Shown here: one piece after another, positions 57,022 to 64,000 of the stretch
Layout: each line of letters starts with the position of its first letter
Numbering within the stretch: the first letter of the stretch is position 1
Assembly (NCBI GenBank): GCA_964016885.1
Contig: OZ024766.1
Coordinates: 13,950,001-14,014,000 of the forward strand
Direction of reading: 5' to 3'
Origin: Eledone cirrhosa
Taxonomy: Eukaryota
Length of the DNA: 64,000 nt
Made by a program: the position numbers and the translations under genes
The notes under the pieces: generated by a model
Told to the model about the DNA's origin: nothing
Databases searched by the model: none
Seen by the model: the letters and a program-made list of their open reading frames with translations, nothing else

Positions 57022-57378
57022 TACATGGAACTCCTTTAACCATCTTTTGATCTTATATTATATATACATATATATATATTTATATTTATATTTCTGGCTA
57101 TTTCTGGCTGTCGATGGTCCTATTCAGGCCACTGGGATGACGTTGTTCAACGAGTGTATTTTTAAAAAAATGCAACAAGTGGTTCAAATCATTCGCAGAT
57201 TTGCATTTGCTGTGTAAACGCAGATGGTTATTTTTCTTCTCATTTGGTGAACATCCAAGAATTTAACTGCTGTGATTTACGGATTAATAGGTGAAATATA
57301 TTTCTTACTTAAAGAGCCAGGAACCCAACGGCTGAGCTCCGGCCAGAGATCAGCAGTTGGGGTCCTGACTCTTTTCCT

Positions 57379-57429
<51 letters not shown>

Positions 57430-60021
57430 ACGAAGGAAATGTGGTAAGGAACCAGGTGGACCATAACGCACCAAAGTACTCAATACTTGAGGTAGTAGAG
57501 TGGGTAATAGGAACCTTATTATATATTTATATATATATATATATAAATAATATATTAATAAATGGAAACTATATTTATAAAACCATATTTATTTTATTAT
57601 ACATATTTCAAGGGCAACCAAGGCAAACTGTTGAGTGCTTTATATCAGTTATAAAAATGTTTAAGCTTATTGAATCCCAACAAATTAAATATAACCTCTG
57701 CATATATATATATTTATATATATATATATAAATTTATATAATACAACATTAGAATTACTACTACATTTTACTTTCTATCTCTGTCTCTCACATCTCTTTC
57801 TCTCCCTCTATCTCCCTCTCTCGATATCCCTCTCTTTCTCTCACCCCCCTCTCTCTCTCTATCTCTCTCTATCTCTCCTCCTGTCTCTCCCATACACTTA
57901 CCTAAGGTCATGTAATTTAACTGGGTGTGACTTTCTCAAAAGTTAATACAAAGACTTGCTTTCAACTGACAGAAACATAGCTACAATGTTGCACACTCAT
58001 ATCATGTGTCTGTATGGCTGACTGCCTGAACTTCATACAGAAATAAAAAACCCCACACAACCAACATTCTGGGGTTGATAAAATATAATTGTTTCTAATT
58101 ATATTGACTAATTATATTTACGAATAATATTGACTAATAATATTGACTAATTATATTGACTAATTATATTTACTAATAATATTGACTAATAATATTGACT
58201 AATTATATTGACTAATTATATTGACTAATTATATTGACTAATTATATTTACTAATAATATTGACTAATAATATTGACTAATTATATTTACTAATAATATT
58301 GACTAATAATATTGACTTATTATATTGACTAATTATATTGACTAATTATATTGACTAATTATATTGACTAATTATATTGACTAATTATATTTACTAATAA
58401 TATTGACTAATTATATTTACTAATAATATTGACTAATTATATTGACTAATTATATTGACTAATTATATTTACTAATTATATTTACTAATAATATTGACTA
58501 ATAATATTGACTAATTATATTGACTAATTATATTGACTAATTATATTTACTAATAATATTGACTAATAATATTGACTAATTATATTGACGAATTATATTG
58601 ACTAATTATATTGACTAATTATATTGACTAATTATATTGACTAATAATATTAACTAATAATATTAACTAAATAATATTAACTATCAAGGGCGGTGGATTG
58701 GCAGTATCGGTATAAGGTCGGACGCCGTGCTTTCCAGCATAGTTACGTCCCTTTACGATCTGAGTTCAAATCCCGCCGAGGTAGACTTTGCCTTTCATCC
58801 TTACGGGGTCGATAAAATAAAGTACCAGTTATGCACTGGGTAATTGCTGGCCTTGTGCCTAAAGTAGAAACAATTATTAGTAAATATAATTAGTATTAGT
58901 TAATATTATTAGTTAATATTATTAGTCAATAATAATATTAATGGCAGTGGATTGGCAGTATCAGTGGAGGGTCGGACGCCATGCTTTGATGCATAGAGTT
59001 ACGGCCCTTGCCATTCTGAGTTCAAATCCCACCGAGGTTAACTTTGCCTTTCATCCTTACGGGGTCGATAAAATAAAGTAGCAGTAATTCACTGGGGTAA
59101 TTGCTGGCCTTGTGCCTAACGTAGAAACAATTATTAACTAATATTTCTAACTAATAATATTGATTGTTGACTAGAAATTTAGAGATTATTTTAATGGTTT
59201 CTGATTTAGATGCAAGGCCAACACATTTGGGGAAGGGGTGTTGATTGACCCCAGTATGTTACTGGTACTTTATTTTATCAACCCAGTAAGGATGAAAGGC
59301 AAAGCTTACCTTGATGGGATTTGAACTCAGAACGTAAAGGGCCGTAACTGGGTTCAAATCCTACTGAAGTTATAGCTCTGGCTTTCATCCTAACAGGGTT
59401 GATAAAGTAAAGTACCAGTAACGTACTGGGGTTGATAAAGTAAAGTACCTGTAACGTTCTTGGGTTGATAAAGTAAGGTACCAGTAATGTACTGGGGTTG
59501 ATAAAGTAAAGTACCAGTAATGTACTGGGTTTGATAAAGTAAAGTACCAGTAACGTACTGGGGTTGATAAAGTAAAGTACCAGTAATGTACGGGGGGTTG
59601 ATAAAGTAAGGTACCAGTAATGTACTGGGGTTGATAAAGTAAAGTACCAGTAATGTACTGGGGTTGATAAGGTAAAGTACCTGTAACGTTCTTGGGTTGA
59701 TAAAGTAAGGTACCAGTAATGTACTGGGGTTGATAAAGTAAAGTACCAGTAATGTACTGGGTTTGATAAAGTAAAGTATCAGTAACGTACTGGGGTTGAT
59801 AAAGTAAAGTACCAGTAATGTACTGGGGTTGATAAAGTAAAGTACCAGTAACGTACTGGTGTTGATAAAGTAAAGTACCAGTAAAGTACTGGGGTTGACA
59901 AAATAAAGTACCAGTAATGTACTGGGATTGATAAAATAAAGTACCAGTAATGTACTGGGGTTGATAAAATAAAGTACCTGGAATGGTGAGAGATAAAAGC
60001 TGAGATATGAAAATAACTAAC

Positions 60022-60159
60022 CTTTCTGACAACTGTTTCCTTCATAACCTGGAGCACATCTACCCCTTGAACAGATCCCTAATTCCACATTACACCTGTT
60101 GTTATCTTCACAATGACACACCTGATCACAGTTGGCACCAAGTCTTCCACTACTGCACA
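60022..60159 (-). CDS. EGF-like exon, copy F
   Basis: Same peptide and splice sites as copy A. Confidence 0.88.
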
Positions 60160-61879
60160 CTGTAACAGGAAAACATTGGTGTAGATCAGGGATTGCCAAC
60201 TTCTTTGCCTCCATGGGCCGGACGAACGCCATAAAAGAATAATTATGGAAAATTACACAAGCTAAAATTTTTATCTCGAGTGTCGACTATACTATTCATT
60301 TCTCAAATCTTGAATTATATTCACAAATACCTCTGAATCCTGTGATTTCCCTCCTTGAAATGATGGAAAATGCACATAATTTTTATTTCAAAGTTGATGT
60401 TCCCACAACTGTAGCTTTTTTTCAAAGGCAACAATATGGTTATACATTTCATTTACGAGCTGAGTTTTACCTTGAAGTTGTAAATTTAAGTTATTTAACC
60501 CTTTAGCACTTACATTACTCTATATTTACTATTGTAATGTCACAGTAAACACTTTATCTTATATAGTTATCTCACATAATATTGAATCTATGAGATTTTG
60601 ATATTATTTATTTTGAGAAGAATACCTTAACGTCAGTATGAGTGGCTAGTTACAGCCGGTTTGAACAGAAAAAAGTGAGAGATTTCTGGCCGGATATGGC
60701 CGGTTTAAATGCTAAAGGGTTAAACGATTCACAATATCCTCAATAAATACCAAAGTTGTAACAGCAGGCCTTTTATTGTATTCGAAAGGAATAATACGTA
60801 TTATTCTTTTATAATCTTTTATAATCTCTATAATTGTATTATTCTTTATCGAAAGGTTGTGAGTTCAATTCTCCGACCGGTTAATGTGTTGTTTCCTTGA
60901 GCAAGACACTTTATTTCAAATTGCTCCAGTTTACTCAGCTGTAGAAATGAGATGATAGGGACTGGGGTCCCTATCATTCCACTGTAAAGTGGTCCTAGAG
61001 GTGCCACGGCAAAAAATCACCCAGCACTCACTGTAAATGAGGTTGGTTTTAGGAAGGGCATCAAGCTGTAGAAATCAAGCCAGAATCAGTTCCTGTCCCA
61101 CTCTTGCAAGCAGGGAAAAGGGGACGTAAAATGAAATGATTTCATAATTCAGGGGTTGATAAAATATAGTACCAGTGATATCCTGGGGTAGATTTAATAG
61201 AATAGCTTAACTCGCACTCACATATATATATATCTACTAACCAAAGTATCGCGTGATCTGGTGCGTTATGGTCCACCTCGTTCCTTACCATACTTCCTAC
61301 CACACACACACACACACACATATATAGATATATACTTATAAATATATACAGAATAAGGAGCAGGTATTACAATAACCTGGGGTTCAAGGGCCCTCACCTC
61401 TTCAACAAGCTGCCAAGGAATTTGAGAGATCTGCATGGTGTGGACGTGGATGTTTTCAAGGAACATCTCGACACCCTGTTACCAGGATCCTGGATGAGCC
61501 CACAGCATGGTTCGAAGGTAACCTAAGGGCAGCAACAACGAACCCCCTCTTTGCCGAATGGCCAACCAACACAGGTTGGAGAAAGAATGTGTAACAAGAG
61601 CATGCCCCAGCATGGCCTCAACTGGATCGCTGGAACACGTTAAAAGAGAAAAAGAGAATATATATATATATATATACATATAATGTAGGAGGTGAGTTTT
61701 ATTGTGGTACAATAAAGCAATGCAGATATCGGATAAGAAGCACTCTACAGTTTGTAGGACTGGAGTATACATAATATAAGATCAAAAGATGGTTAAAGGA
61801 GTTCCATGTATTTTATTATGCGCATTTAAAACTGCACTATCCACAAGTGTTTTTTTAGCCTTCATATCATGTTCTCCTG

Positions 61880-61946
61880 TTTTATCTGATGAAAACACAA
61901 ATATTATTGCATGATGATGTTTGTTTTTGAAATGCGCATAATAAAA
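61880..61946 (+). ncRNA. Hammerhead motif, copy of 36587
   Basis: Same sequence as 36587-36653. Confidence 0.82.
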
Positions 61947-62303
61947 TACATGGAACTCCTTTAACCATCTTTTGATCTTATATTATATTTACATATATAT
62001 ATATTTATATTTATATTTCTGGCTATTTCTGGCTGTCGATGGTCCTATTCAGGCCACTGGGATGACGTTGTTCAACGAGTGTATTTTTAAAAAAATGCAA
62101 CAAGTGGTTCAAATCATTCGCAGATTTGCATTTGCTGTGTAAACGCAGATGGTTATTTTTCTTCTCATTTGGTGAACATCCAAGAATTTAACTGCTGTGA
62201 TTTACGGATTAATAGGTGAAATATATTTCTTACTTAAAGAGCCAGGAACCCAACGGCTGAGCTCCGGCCAGAGATCAGCAGTTGGGGTCCTGACTCTTTT
62301 CCT

Positions 62304-62360
<57 letters not shown>

Positions 62361-64000
62361 ACGAAGGAAATGTGGTAAGGAACCAGGTGGACCATAACGC
62401 ACCAAAGTACTCAATACTTGAGGTAGTAGAGTGGGTAATAGGAACCTTATTATATATTTATATATATATATATATAAATAATATATTAATAAATGGAAAC
62501 TATATTTATAAAACCATATTTATTTTATTATACATATTTCAAGGGCAACCAAGGCAAACTGTTGAGTGCTTTATATCAGTTATAAAAATGTTTAAGCTTA
62601 TTGAATCCCAACAAATTAAATATAACCTCTGCATATATATATATTTATATATATATATATAAATATATATAATACAACATTAGAATTACTACTACATTTT
62701 ACTTTCTATCTCTGTCTCTCACATCTCTTTCTCTCCCTCTATCTCCCTCTCTCGATATCCCTCTCTTTCTCTCACCCCCCCTCTCTCTCTCTATCTCTCT
62801 CTATCTCTCCTCCTGTCTCTCCCATACACTTACCTAAGGTCATGTAATTTAACTGGGTGTGACTTTCTCTAAAAGTTAATACAAAGACTTGCTTTCAACT
62901 GACAGAAACATAGCTACAATGTTGCACACTCATATCATGTGTCTGTATGGCTGACTGCCAGAACTTCATACAGAAATAAAAAAACCCACACAACCAACAT
63001 TCTGGGGTTGATAAAATATAATTGTTTCTAATTATATTGACTAATTATATTTACGAATAATATTGACTAATAATATTGACTAATAATATTGACTAATTAT
63101 ATTGACTAATTATATTTACTAATAATATTGACTAATAATATTGACTAATAATATTGACTAATTATATTGACTAATTATATTTACTAATAATATTGACTAA
63201 TAATATTGACTAATAATATTGACTAAGTATATTTACTAATAATATTGACTAATAATATTGACTTATTATATTGACTAATTATATTGACTAATTATATTGA
63301 CTAATTATATTGACTAATTATATTGACTAATTATATTGACTAATAATATTGACTAATTATATTTACTAATAATATTGACTAATTATATTGACTAATTATA
63401 TTTACTAATTATATTTACTAATAATATTTACTAATAATATTGACTAATAATATCGACTAATTATATTGACGAATTATATTGACTAATTATATTTACTAAT
63501 TATATTGACTAATTATATTGACTAATTATATTTACTAATTATATTGACTAATTATATTTACTAATAATAGTAACTAATTATATGAACTAATAATTGTTTC
63601 TACGTTAGGAACAAGGCCAGCAATTACCCAGTACATTACTGGTACTTTATTTTATCGACCCCGTAAGGATGAAAGGCAAAGTTAACCTCATTAACTAATT
63701 ATATTGACTAATTATATTAACTAATAATATTAACTAATATTATCACCTAATAATATTAACTAATAACATTCACTAATTATATTAACTAATAATATTAACT
63801 AATATTATCATCTAATAATATTCACTAATAATTTAAATAATTTTTACATTAGGCACAAGGCCAGCAATTACCCCAGTGTATTACTGGTACTTTATTTTAT
63901 CAACCCCGTAAGGATGAAAGGCAAAGTTAACCTCGGCGGGATTTGAATTAGTTAATATTATTCGGTGGATTGGCAGTATTGTTGGAGCGTCGGACGCCTT

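Larger units (their letters stand above)
31611..64000. repeat. Tandem array of 4.5-5.8 kb units, each with one EGF-like exon; continues past the window end
   Basis: Exon spacings are 5803, 4887, 4493, 5187 and 4922 bp; sub-elements occur in the same order in each unit. Confidence 0.97.

Overview
AT-rich, repeat-dominated eukaryotic DNA. The repeat content ((TA)n tracts, RTE LINEs with (GAT)n tails, tRNA-SINEs, Penelope elements) suggests a mollusc, probably an octopus, but that is inference. Nearly all supplied ORFs are artefacts of microsatellites or minisatellites. The window has three zones. (1) 1-4.3 kb: a 40-bp minisatellite, a hairpin and an (ACT/ACC)n tract. (2) 4.3-23.7 kb: a tandem triplication whose copies differ by RTE and Penelope insertions in TA tracts; transposon debris and several near-perfect foldbacks follow up to 31.5 kb. 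(3) 31.6-64 kb: a tandem array of 4.5-5.8 kb units. Each unit carries one near-identical 138-bp phase 1-1 exon on the minus strand encoding an 8-Cys EGF-like module (6 intact copies plus 1 truncated). Two signals stand out. The first is this exon-amplifying array. The second is a set of short foldback inserts in (TA)n tracts, several carrying minimal type I hammerhead ribozyme motifs; they share their architecture with a truncated Penelope element in the same window.
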